Assembly: GCA_964016885.1 (NCBI GenBank)
Contig: OZ024743.1
Coordinates: forward strand, 102,610,001 to 102,674,000
Reading direction: 5' to 3'
Source of the DNA: Eledone cirrhosa
Taxonomy: Eukaryota
Length of the DNA: 64,000 nucleotides
Every line of letters begins with the position of its first letter. The first letter of the stretch is position 1. The translations under genes and the position numbers were made by a program. The notes beneath the pieces were generated by a model that was not told the origin of the DNA, made no database searches, and saw nothing but the letters and a program-made list of their open reading frames with translations. Shown here piece by piece: positions 53,022 to 64,000 of the stretch.

Positions 53022-56000
53022 CCCCGTGACCAAGAAATACCGGGGTGGCGCCCGGCGTAGAATAGCCGTGTCTCTAAGGAAGGACGACCCCTCTAGTCTT
53101 GGTTGACACTCGTTCTAGAAGTGGTAACACGAAATGATTACCCCTTGGCGGTTAAGGATAAAACGCGACAAAATAAAGTAAATGTAAAATGATAAAATCT
53201 CATACCGGATCGGCACTCACCCGGGTCAAATAGTGCCGCGTCCCTCAGAGAGGAACCAGACTGGGGTCGAAAAATCAGCTAATGGTTCAAACCTTCCCAT
53301 CACTTCGGAGCTGGAGACTTCCCATAACTGGAATACTCCTACTGTTGGCCCTCCATGCTCACCACCAAGAAATCCAAAGAAAAAGATAGATAAATGGTCA
53401 AGGGAAGACAATAAAGAAGTCCTTGAGGCTTTCTACACTGCCATGTACTACCCATCAATTAGATCGAATACAGAACAGACATATATCAACTGGGAAAATA
53501 AACATCCCGAAAACAGAGGCTATATTGACAGTAACAAACTAGCCAATATACGAAGAAATATTGTTAAAAAAAAGTTACTAACTGATATAGAAATTGATCA
53601 GATCAAGCTATTAGCACAACGTCAGCGAAGGGAAAATGAGACATGTGTCAGTGAAAACGAGGTAAATTGTAACACTTCGAATCCCAGGGTTGGGGCGAAA
53701 TCACTGACAGCAGAACAAATTAAAGAAAGGATCGAAAAAGTGGAGCGAGTGCATGCTCAATATGAAACTCAAAATGAAAACATGAAAACAATGAGATCAT
53801 AAATGATAAAGAAATGAATGAGAATGAACTTGTCAACTTGAAGGATGAAATTATGATCGAATGGAAAAAAATGAAAGAATCTGACATGAGGTAACGAGAC
53901 ACTCTCACTGAGATCCAGAACTCCAAACAGAACCCAAAGATAATACACAAAACTAACTTAATTCTCAAAAACACTATCATCACAAACAAACTAAACATTA
54001 CTGATCTAAATCATCTCTATTATGCATCGGCTAAAGTCACTACTCACTTATGTGGAGTGAAAATGAAAAATCAAAGGAATTCCCACAAGAAATCTACTTG
54101 GCAAGAGAACATCAATCGCCAAATTAACCTTCTCCGATCTGACATAGAAATTTTAACAAACTACAAAGTAGGTGAACATGTTAAACAAACTAAACTTAGA
54201 AAATTGAAAAGAAAATACAGTAGCAAATCAAAAAGTGACATAGACATGCTGATAGAAATAATCAAGCAAAAAGTGTCGACCAAAGCTGCTCGTATAAGGC
54301 GCTTTGAAAAATGATCTAGATTTTATAAGGACAATAATATGTTCATAAACAACCAAAGAAATTTCTACAGAAAAATTGGCAAGTCAACAATAACTGCTAA
54401 ATCAATACCACCCAAGGAGGAAGTGCAAGAATTCTGGGAAAAGATCTGGGCCGAAGAAAAAGTTCATAATATACATGCCCCATGGATAGACAGACAAATG
54501 AAAGATACAGCTCACCTTGAGGAACAAACATGGGAAAATATAACACTTGAACAGTTGCGTTTGGCTCTTAGAAAAACCAGCAAATGGAAATCCCCAGGAA
54601 AAGAAAAAATACCAACTTTCTGGATAAATGCCTACACAGAGTCTCGTGAGCTGTTAGCCCAACTTTACAATGAAATAGTTAAGGAGCCAGAAAAGATACC
54701 ATCATGGCTAGTTGATGGCATTACATTCCTACTTCCGAAGAATCATGAGACAAACAATCCCAAAAATTACAGACCGATAACTTGCTTGACTACAATGTAT
54801 AAAATGTTAACATCAGTCCTAACTGAATATACATATGACCACCTGATAAATGATCTATATCCCAATGAGCAGAAAGGGTTTAAACGAGGCTGATATGGCT
54901 GTGAAGATCAGCTTTTGGTTAACATAATGATACTGGAAGATTGTCATAATAGACACAAAAATCTATCAATTGATTGGATAGATTACACAAAAGCATTCGA
55001 TAGTTTGCCACACAGTTGGATTTTAAAATGTTTAGAGATTTTCAAAATATCTCCCGTTGTCAGGAGGTTCCTGTCATTCAGTATGAAGACATGGAAAACG
55101 ACACTCCTTTTGAATAGTAAAAAAAAAATCACTGGAAGCAGAAGTTAATATTAATTGTGGAATTGTTCAGGGTGACTCTTTATCACCGCTTTTATCCTGC
55201 ATCGCACTTATACCATTAAGTAAAATGCTCAATGAAACAAAACATGGATATAAAGTCTATGACAAAACCATTAATCACATGTTCTACATGGATGACCTGA
55301 AAATATTTGCAAAAAGTGATGAACAATAGCAAGGGCTATTATGCTCTGTGAAGCAGTTCAGTGGTGACATTAAAATGGAGTTTGGACTAGATAAATGCGC
55401 CAAAGCAACGTTCACCAGAGGAAAGCTGCTGAAAAGTTCAGACATTAATCTTGATCAGGGGAATGTGATAAGAGAACTTGATCAAGAGGAAACCTAAAAA
55501 TATTTAGGTGTTTGTGAAGGAGACGGAATCAAGCACTCGACAATGAGGGAAAGGATAAGAAAGGAATGTTACCGCAGAGTAAGAGCAATCTTAAGGACGG
55601 AATTGAATGCAAGGAATAGGATCGATGCCATAAACACGCTTGCCATACCAGTTGTAACCTACAGTTACAATGTCATCAACTGGTCAAGCACAGAGATCCG
55701 TAGGCTCGATACAAAAATCCGAAAATTCTTAACCATGCACAGAATGCATCACTCTAATGCAGATACAGATAGAATATATCTCCCTAGGAAAGAAGGTGGA
55801 CGTGGGTTAATCCAGTTAGAGATTGCGTTGAAAACTGCAACAATTGGATTATCTACATATCTAAGGGAATCACATGATTGGATGATCAAGCTCGTTTTGA
55901 AACACGAAAGTATCAAAAGATCATACTCCATTACAAAAGATGCACAAAGATACAGCAATGGACTACAAATCCTACAAGTTCCATTTACTGCTGAAATGTA

Positions 56001-56957
56001 AAACACAGAAAAAGCAAAGCAGGTAAAAGTAACTGCAAAGAAAGAACTGCTACAGAAACTGGCTAAGAAATGGCAAGAAAAGCCTCTGTATGGAAAATAC
56101 CTAGAAAGAGCTAACAATCCTGATGTTGACAACACTTTAACCTATCATTGGTTGGCATCCTCTGGACTGAAATCTGAGACTGAAGGACTCATTATATCAT
56201 CACAAGATCAGTGTCTGCCAACAAAAAATTACCAACATAATAAAAAATGGATGCAACACATTATGCTGTGTATGTAAAAAACAACCAGAGACCATTGATC
56301 ATATAATTTCAATGTGCAGTCCTATAGCTCCAACCGAATACCTAAACAGGCATGATAGAGCTGCACAATACATACATTGGATAATGTGTAAGCATTTTGA
56401 CCTGCCCCATCAAAAGAATTGGTGGGAGCATCAACCACCTCCCATACTTGAAAAAGATCACATCTCAATCTTGTGGAACTTTAGCATCCAAACAGACCGA
56501 AAAGTAGATGCAAATAGACCTGATATATTACTGAAAGACTTTAAAAAGAGGGTATGCCTGCTAATTGATATGTCCGTTCCAATAGACAAAAATGTATCTA
56601 TAAAAACATTTGAAAAATTGAGCAAGTATAAGGACCTGGAAAAATGTGGAAATTGAGAACTAAAACAATACCAGTGGTTGTAGGCGCTCTAGGAATGATA
56701 CCTAAGGGACCTAATGATTACTTATCACAAATCCCAGGAATCCTGAGTATAGAAGAAATACAAAAGATAGTACTTATGGGAACTGCCCATATACTAAGGA
56801 AGATTCTGTCAATATAAGTACATCACAAGTCTAAACACCTAAAGACTCATGTGTGTGTGTGTATGTTCTTTCTTGAACATGGCGGACCTTGTTGTCTCTT
56901 GAGGTCACTGGTTGTGACTTGGTGATAACTCGTATGAACATAAAGCAAGATAAATCC
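53022..56957 (+). mobile_element. Full-length decayed Dong/R4-clade non-LTR retrotransposon (RT + RLE) ending in (AAT)n
   Basis: KWSREDNKEV, WKSPG, NYRPITCL, WIDYTKAFDSLPH, QGDSLSP, FYMDDLK, R.EGGRGL, RHD and NRPDILLKD...LIDMSVP...K..KY, with several stops and frameshifts. Confidence 0.9.
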
Positions 56958-57645
56958 AATAATAATAAAAATAATGGTGATGATGATTGTGCTAGAACAA
57001 TTAATTTACCGATTACTTATGTTGCCAAAAATCATGTAATTATTCGATCCAAAATAAGGGTCTGTACATTAAGGTTTGACTTGTTAAAAATACCAGGTAG
57101 ATCTCTCACGCATTAGACCTGGCCGTCTTACAAATAGATATAATTGATAATGTAGATGGGAGTGAAAATGTAGTATTTGATATTTATGGCATGATCACTG
57201 CAATTAAAGGTCCGCCGTCGTTATCTGACTCTATAATGTCATTGTCCTGCGATGAGTGTGGTTGTGGCGAGCAAATAAAAAAATATAAGCACAAAAAGTA
57301 CATATACATAAGATTTTATATTGACAAACGCCTGAGCCATACGAGGACCACTCTAGATATTTAAGAACCTTAATATAACATCAAGAAAAAAAATCTATGT
57401 AGTCAGAGACTACGTACACAGCAAATTCATGTTAAATTATCCTCCCATTCCGTGTAACAAAGTGTGACAAACCTGGCCTTTTGAAACTCAAGTAGTTTTC
57501 ATTTTTTCATTTTTGCCATCTGTGAAATAAAATGTCTTACTCGATCTTACGACCTTACGACCGCAGTTTCATGTAAAAGTATCCTTCTCACAAATCATCT
57601 AAATACATATATATAACACACATATATATATATATTTATACATAC

Positions 57646-57726
<81 letters not shown>

Positions 57727-57728
57727 TC

Positions 57729-57764
<36 letters not shown>

Positions 57765-57770
<6 letters not shown>

Positions 57771-58176
57771 AAGGTTAAACAAGGTTGAATGAATAAATCA
57801 ATGAATAAAGTTTTACAATAGATTAGAAGCACTCCACAGCAATGGTTTTCCGGAGTTATTAATATTAATTCAAAATAATTAACAAATATAGAAATTCGTG
57901 TGATCAAGTATATTTTATTATACATATTACAGAGGTACTGAGCTATCTTCAACAGTACGTCCTCATCAGATAAAACAAGATGATGCTTGAGATACCTTGA
58001 CTAAGTAGATGCCATGACTGAATTTTAACCATCTACTTAGTCAAGGTATGTCAAGCATCATCTTGTTTTATCTGATGAGGACGTACTGTTGAAGAGAGCT
58101 CAGTACCTCTGAAATATGTATAATAAAATATACTTGATCACACGAATGTCTATATTTGTTAATATTTTGAATTAAT
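57765..58176. mobile_element. Family E fold-back element in (TA)n (arms about 57864-58011 and 58030-58176, extra tail on the left)
   Basis: Near-perfect inverted repeat of about 148 bp with a spacer of about 18 bp. Confidence 0.75.
58064..58130 (+). ncRNA. Type I hammerhead ribozyme candidate, family E (minimal stem III)
   Basis: TGTTTTAT-CTGATGA-GGA-C-GTACTG..CAGTAC-C-TCT-GAAA-T-ATGT-A-TA-ATAAAATA. Stem I is 8 bp and the triplet is AUA. The mirror copy has GAAA changed to GTAA. Confidence 0.75.
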
Positions 58177-58360
58177 ATATATATATATATATATATAAAA
58201 TCAAGGGAGTGTAAACAGAAAATATCTTTAAAAATAATAAATAATTAAATACCAAAAAATTCACTGTATTTTATTAACATGCCATTGAACCACACTGGCA
58301 TACGGTTGGACTATACTTGTGTCCCTGTGTGTATTAATTACATGTAGGAACACATACTTT

Positions 58361-58426
<66 letters not shown>

Positions 58427-58601
58427 TAGCAGAGAAGGATAGACAGACAAATTTACTTTATTCTCTGAAAGATCACGTGTGTGAAAATTAACTTTTCTTT
58501 CCCTCTCTCTATATTTTTTGTTACTATCATTATTTTCACTATTTGTACAAATATGCAACTTAACAATATTCTGCATAATATCTGCAATTGACAATCTAAA
58601 C

Positions 58602-58941
58602 CAGGGGTTCTCAACCTGGTCTATGTGGACCACTAGTGGTCCACAAGAAAATTCAGGTGGTCCACAGACAATTTTCAATAGCAAATTCCTTTTTGATCCA
58701 TGCATTTGACTTAAAGCGCTGTTCTTATTCTTCGCATAAGTACGACTTCAGCTGTTTATTTGCGTAGATTTTTAGGCACTGCGACATGATACTAGCATTT
58801 TCTAATTCATTGGAAAAAAAACATCTACTGATGCTTTTAAGTAGCAGTTCTATTTAAAAAGATTTAAAAGTTTAGGTGGTCCACAGGAAATAAATTACTT
58901 ATTTTGGTGGTCCACAGCGAAAAAAAGGTTGAGAACCGTTG
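58602..58941. mobile_element. hAT (Charlie-like) MITE
   Basis: TIRs CAGGGGTTCTCAACCT and AGGTTGAGAACCGTTG. Perfect 8-bp TSD ATCTAAAC at 58594-58601 and 58942-58949, with subterminal GGTGGTCCAC repeats. Confidence 0.85.
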
Positions 58942-59560
58942 ATCTAAACTATACTAAAGTAAGGAGCGCGCGACTGCGTACGGTTTATAATGTTTATCCC
59001 ATTAGTAAAATAAGTTCGATTACTTTGAATAAATAATGAATAAATATTACATAATTTATCTACTAAATTTCGTGGCTGTTGATTAAATATAATTTGTTTA
59101 TTTAAAGATTCACTTCTTTAAAATTTCTGAAATGTCAACACTTCTCGTGGGCCATCGCTTAAATAAACATACTAATTTTCTGTCACTAATTTTCTCCTAA
59201 TGCAGTTTATATACAATATCGTCTTTTAATAATGTATCATGGATTACGTTACTGATTAAATAAGACAGTGTAACGCAGTCTTCATTCAATTTCTATGTAT
59301 TATATATTCTCAATTACGATTTTATTTGATGTATCATATCTACATGTGTATATATATACCTACGTATAATATAAATATACACCTACGTATAATATAAATA
59401 TACACACTACACATGCTAGCAGAAAACCGCACGAAGGGTGGTTTTTTTGCTAGTACATTTAATGCTGAAACCGGTATTGTAAATAAATTAATGCTTTGAA
59501 ATTTCACTAAAATATCTCTTCAACATTTTCTACTGAAAAAATCTTTTCCTTTCTACTATT

Positions 59561-59617
<57 letters not shown>

Positions 59618-59763
59618 CTTTATCTTTATTGTCCTTTATTCATTCGGTGATTATATGTTTTATGCCTCCTATTTTTCCTAGTCATAAAATTCTGTTCCGT
59701 TTTCAAAAGACAAGGTAGAGTAGAAGTTTAAGTCCAGGAAATAGAGGAGGAACAAAACTGCTA

Positions 59764-59910
59764 GTCATTGAGGGGGTCACAGAATGTGTGACGAAAGAAC
59801 TTTGACAAACGAATGAATAACGAACAATAAAGATAAAGTGAAAATGATATGGTGCAAGTGTTTCATTTTATTGGCAATATTGGCAACATGACTATCCCCA
59901 AACATAACAA

Positions 59911-59911
<1 letters not shown>
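59764..59911 (+). mobile_element. Family C fragment with decayed hammerhead-like core
   Basis: GTCA-TTGAGGG-G-GTCACA..TGTGAC-GAAA-GAACTT-TGAC. Ends ATGACTATCCCCAAACATAACAA. Confidence 0.55.
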
Positions 59912-59992
<81 letters not shown>

Positions 59993-60272
59993 TATGTATA
60001 TACATATATATATAGGTAAGTTATTCCGAGTTAAATCGGAGGTAACCACAGTAAGGAATGTACTCAATACATAGCAGAGTATAACAGTTTTAATATAGAT
60101 GAGATTCTACAGGACTAGAATATATATATATATATATATATACTACCAAAATTAAATTACAGATGTCATGTCTAAGAATATCAGAAACATGTGCCATATC
60201 ACCTGTAGAATAAGCTCAAAGATTCCAAGGAATAAATCCGAGCTTTTATTAACATTAAATTAAAAGTCGATT

Positions 60273-60337
<65 letters not shown>

Positions 60338-60413
60338 AACTCATCTATTTTATATATATGTCAATCGAATTTAATGTTGATATATATATATATATATGAA
60401 TCGAATTTAATGT

Positions 60414-60455
<42 letters not shown>

Positions 60456-60634
60456 CATTCTGTCTGCTTCATGGTTAAATATTTCAAACAAATGTTGTTC
60501 TTCAACCCTCGTTATATTAAAAAAAACCATTTACTGTGTTTATTACTACATATATTATTGTTATAATGGTCAGTATTTATACTTTGAGCTTGTTAATTAC
60601 AGGGTTTCAGTATGAGTTACTAAATCTACATTTC

Positions 60635-60683
<49 letters not shown>

Positions 60684-60753
60684 CGGAACAAGTAAACATT
60701 AAACAATCTTTTAGATAAATTAAAATACGATTTAAATATTTACCTCTTCTAGT

Positions 60754-60833
60754 GCCATGACCGACGGTTTCGCTTATCAAAAGATTGGAATTTCAGAGAA
60801 TTTCCAATTGAAATATATGGCTCTTCAGATAGC
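60754..60833 (-). ncRNA. Type I hammerhead ribozyme candidate, family F
   Basis: Minus strand GCTAT-CTGAAGA-GC...ATTGGAA..TTCCAAT...GC-GAAA-CCG-T-CGG-TC-ATGGC. Canonical core, G-C closing pair of stem II, near-palindromic stem III and GUC triplet. Confidence 0.75.
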
Positions 60834-61158
60834 TTTTCCAAATCTACTAGACATAAGTCCGTATAGATGTAGATATATCACCCTCTGCCCAGTGAATGAA
60901 TCAAGCCGTTAAAATGACCCACACACTTATTGGACCGTTAGAAAAAGCGGGAATTATAGACTCGCTGATATTTCACGCTGCTAGAAATAGCAGCATGATA
61001 CAGCATTTTTTTCTCTACATTAAGGAGAATTAGATAAATGATATAGATATCCCAGTAGGTACTAGGTACCCACGGAAATATATATGGTGTCTATAATAGT
61101 GGTTGTTCTATGGTACTGATTTGAGATACCAGAACTGTAAATATGAGCGGAATAAGTA

Positions 61159-61251
<93 letters not shown>

Positions 61252-61611
61252 CTGTATGACGGTGTATATTAAAGTATATGCACATCATTTAATGGGCATT
61301 GCAACTTTTGAGGATAGCTTCCGCCATTAACTCCTATTTCTGTGGGGAACTCCGTATAATGTAAATGCGTCTTTTATGTTTTCTGCTCTCATTTCCTTTT
61401 GTTTCGTGTTGTGTTATGTAGTACATTATAATAGCTCCTTGTTGTAGAATTAAATCACGAGCCGGCGGGGGATACTCATACTTATATAGTCGAATTATCA
61501 GTTAAGTTTCATATTATATAATGGTCATATTTCTGAAATTAAATCGTACACACACACACACACACATAAACACACACACATACGCGCGCACACACACACT
61601 CACATATATAT

Positions 61612-61733
61612 AGGAAAAGGTTTGACCCCGGCGGCAGAACTCAAGCCGTTTCGACGGTTATTTCTGGACTATCTATCTATCTATCTATCTATATATATAT
61701 ATATATAGATAGATAGATAGATAGTCCAGAAAT
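61612..61733. mobile_element. Family B fragment folded back through a (CTAT)n-(TA)n-(ATAG)n palindrome
   Basis: GACCCCGGCGGCAGAACTCAAGCCGTTTCGACGG..ATTTCTGGACTATCTATC....GATAGATAGTCCAGAAAT. Confidence 0.7.
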
Positions 61734-62926
61734 CTTTGGAAGAGGCGGGCTCCTTTGGTAAGAAGATCCATCTGCTGCCAACACCCTTCTAACGGAGGGC
61801 TGGGGATGCCGTGGTTGACGATGCGCAAACACGCGCTCAGGCTGCGGCATCTCTACGTATTCCTCACCGGACAACCGGTGTGGGCCCCGTTCGTGAGGCG
61901 AGCCTTCCCACGACTCGTCTCACTGACCGAGCTGCAGTCCTGGGTCAAGCAGAGACCGAGGAAAATGGGCGACTGGCACATCGAATGTGCTCAGGCGCTC
62001 ACAGCCCTCTGGCAGGCGGACCCGGCGATCAGTGGAGACTCCACTTCGTCATTCTATAGAGGGTTGGTCCGCAGCAAGTGCGACGACGCGCTCGGTGAAA
62101 CTCTAGGCGTGGAGGAAGATGAACTGGCCAGTCTGTTCGGTAGGACCTTCCGCCCGGGACCGATGGACAACTTCCCAAAGTCCCTGGCCTGGCAGTGCTA
62201 CCGAGGAGCTCTACCAGTTCGAGACAAGCTCTACAGACATGGGCGCCCGGGCAGGGACCCTGCAAAAAAGATCTGTCCGAGGTGCGTGCGAGACGAAGAA
62301 ACCGTCGCGCACGCATTCATACACTGCCCGGGCGTCACTGACCTGTGGGGCTATGTAGAACGACTATTGTCGCGGGTGGGACCAATCCAGTTGACCACCG
62401 AGTCCATTGTCATGATCAAACCGCCACCCTCCTTCAAAAACGAAGGAGAGGCGGTTTTCCTTTGTGTGATAGCTATGGCGAAAGAGGTTGTATGGTGGAC
62501 AAGGTTGAAAGGGCTGAGGTCAGACACCTTTCTCTCCGGCCAACAACTGATTCTTTTTTTCAAATACCACTTTGGAAGAAGAATCAGGATGGAGAGAGAG
62601 GTGCTGTACCCCAGCAAGTTTTATGAAAGGTGGGTGAAAGTGGCGAGAATGGCCCGAGTGAATGGGCCTTCTCTCTATATCAGCCTGTAGGTTGAGGAAA
62701 AGGAGGAGGAGAGGAAAGGAGTACAAGCTCTTCGTACTCCTGGAGATGAGGGTTGCACATTTTTTTCGGGGGTCTGTGTTACCCATATAAACTGTCTCCC
62801 TCTATTGGGGAAAATCGACTAACTTTTAAATTCCATCTGTGATAACATTTTACACGTTTTTATTGTATGTAAACTTCCCCCTTTGTATTTGTCCCCTTCT
62901 TTTGTGCCCCTGTGGCTAATAAAGAA
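61734..62926 (+). mobile_element. 5'-truncated Tx1/L1-clade LINE with an open 311-aa ORF2 C-terminus (61755-62690)
   Basis: GGLGMP, W...RGALPVRDKL and CPRC..DEETVAHAFIHC (zf-RVT-like). Homologous to 33200-34001, with AATAAA at the 3' end. Confidence 0.85.
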
Positions 62927-62931
62927 ATATA

Positions 62932-62971
<40 letters not shown>

Positions 62972-62974
62972 TGA

Positions 62975-63006
<32 letters not shown>

Positions 63007-63150
63007 ATGGGTCCCAAAAAATGTATACACACCTCAACAGCATTCTAATAAATCTGTATGCATTTTGGGGGGCAAAATGTATATATATATATATATATAT
63101 GTGTGTATGTGTGTGTGTGTGTGGGTGTGTGTGTGTGTGGGTGTGTGTGT

Positions 63151-63241
<91 letters not shown>

Positions 63242-63910
63242 TAAATATAAGTGCATATATTTTTGTATGTATGTATTGAGTCGTCAATTATGAGATTTGT
63301 AGCAATTTATTAAAAAAAAAAAATTTCTACAAATTTTATACTTGACGGCCCAATATATATAAATATGTACGTGTACAGCCACACCCACATATATGTATAT
63401 ATATATATATGTGTGTGTTTGTGTCTGTGTGTGTGTGTGTGTGTGAGCGACAAAACTGTCAGGTAGATGGTGAGGTTGAGAGAGAAAAGTGTGCATTTAT
63501 AAATAGTTTGTCATTGTAAGTTTGAATTATATTTGATTATATTAATTAATATGTGTTTACTTCCTCTACATGCGAAATATTTGGATTGTTTGTTTCTATA
63601 AATGAATAGATTATTTTTTCAGCTTCAGTCGATTATAGAAGATTTATATTTAATAGACGAAATATTCATATTGTATAGGCACTTTAAATATAATTTACAT
63701 TCATAAATGGCCATAAATATTTCTTTTCACTTTGACAGCCATATAATTGTTTGTTCAAATACGACTTAGAAGGAAACACATATGCACACATATATACTCG
63801 TATACGTATATATATATATATATATATATATTTATGTGCGTGTGTGTATGCCTATATATTTATATATACACACATACAAATATATATGTATATACATACA
63901 TATATAAATG

Positions 63911-63969
<59 letters not shown>

Positions 63970-64000
63970 TAATATATATATATACATATATATATTTATA

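Overview
AT-rich eukaryotic DNA saturated with microsatellites and transposon relics. The SINE and microsatellite content suggests a cephalopod (Octopus-like) genome, which is an inference. I recognise no host protein-coding gene, and most ORFs in the track are microsatellite artefacts. Recognisable content: two R4/Dong-type RT plus restriction-like-endonuclease LINEs (one nearly intact, sitting in (CATA)n), a decayed full-length Tx1/L1-clade LINE plus fragments, several RTE relics (one containing a 4-kb array of 66-bp units), about 15 tRNA-derived SINEs, non-autonomous Helitrons, hAT MITEs and a 5'-truncated tRNA-Thr(TGT). The main finding is at least six sequence-unrelated families of short elements next to (TA)n tracts, mostly fold-back in structure. 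Each carries a type I hammerhead-ribozyme fold readable by eye (core CUGANGA..GAAA..NUH with stems I-III). One family has a natural U3-A8 core variant, and another shows compensatory stem II changes between copies. One element still holds a Penelope GIY-YIG endonuclease remnant, linking the set to Penelope-like retroelements. All folds were paired by hand, and ribozyme activity is untested.
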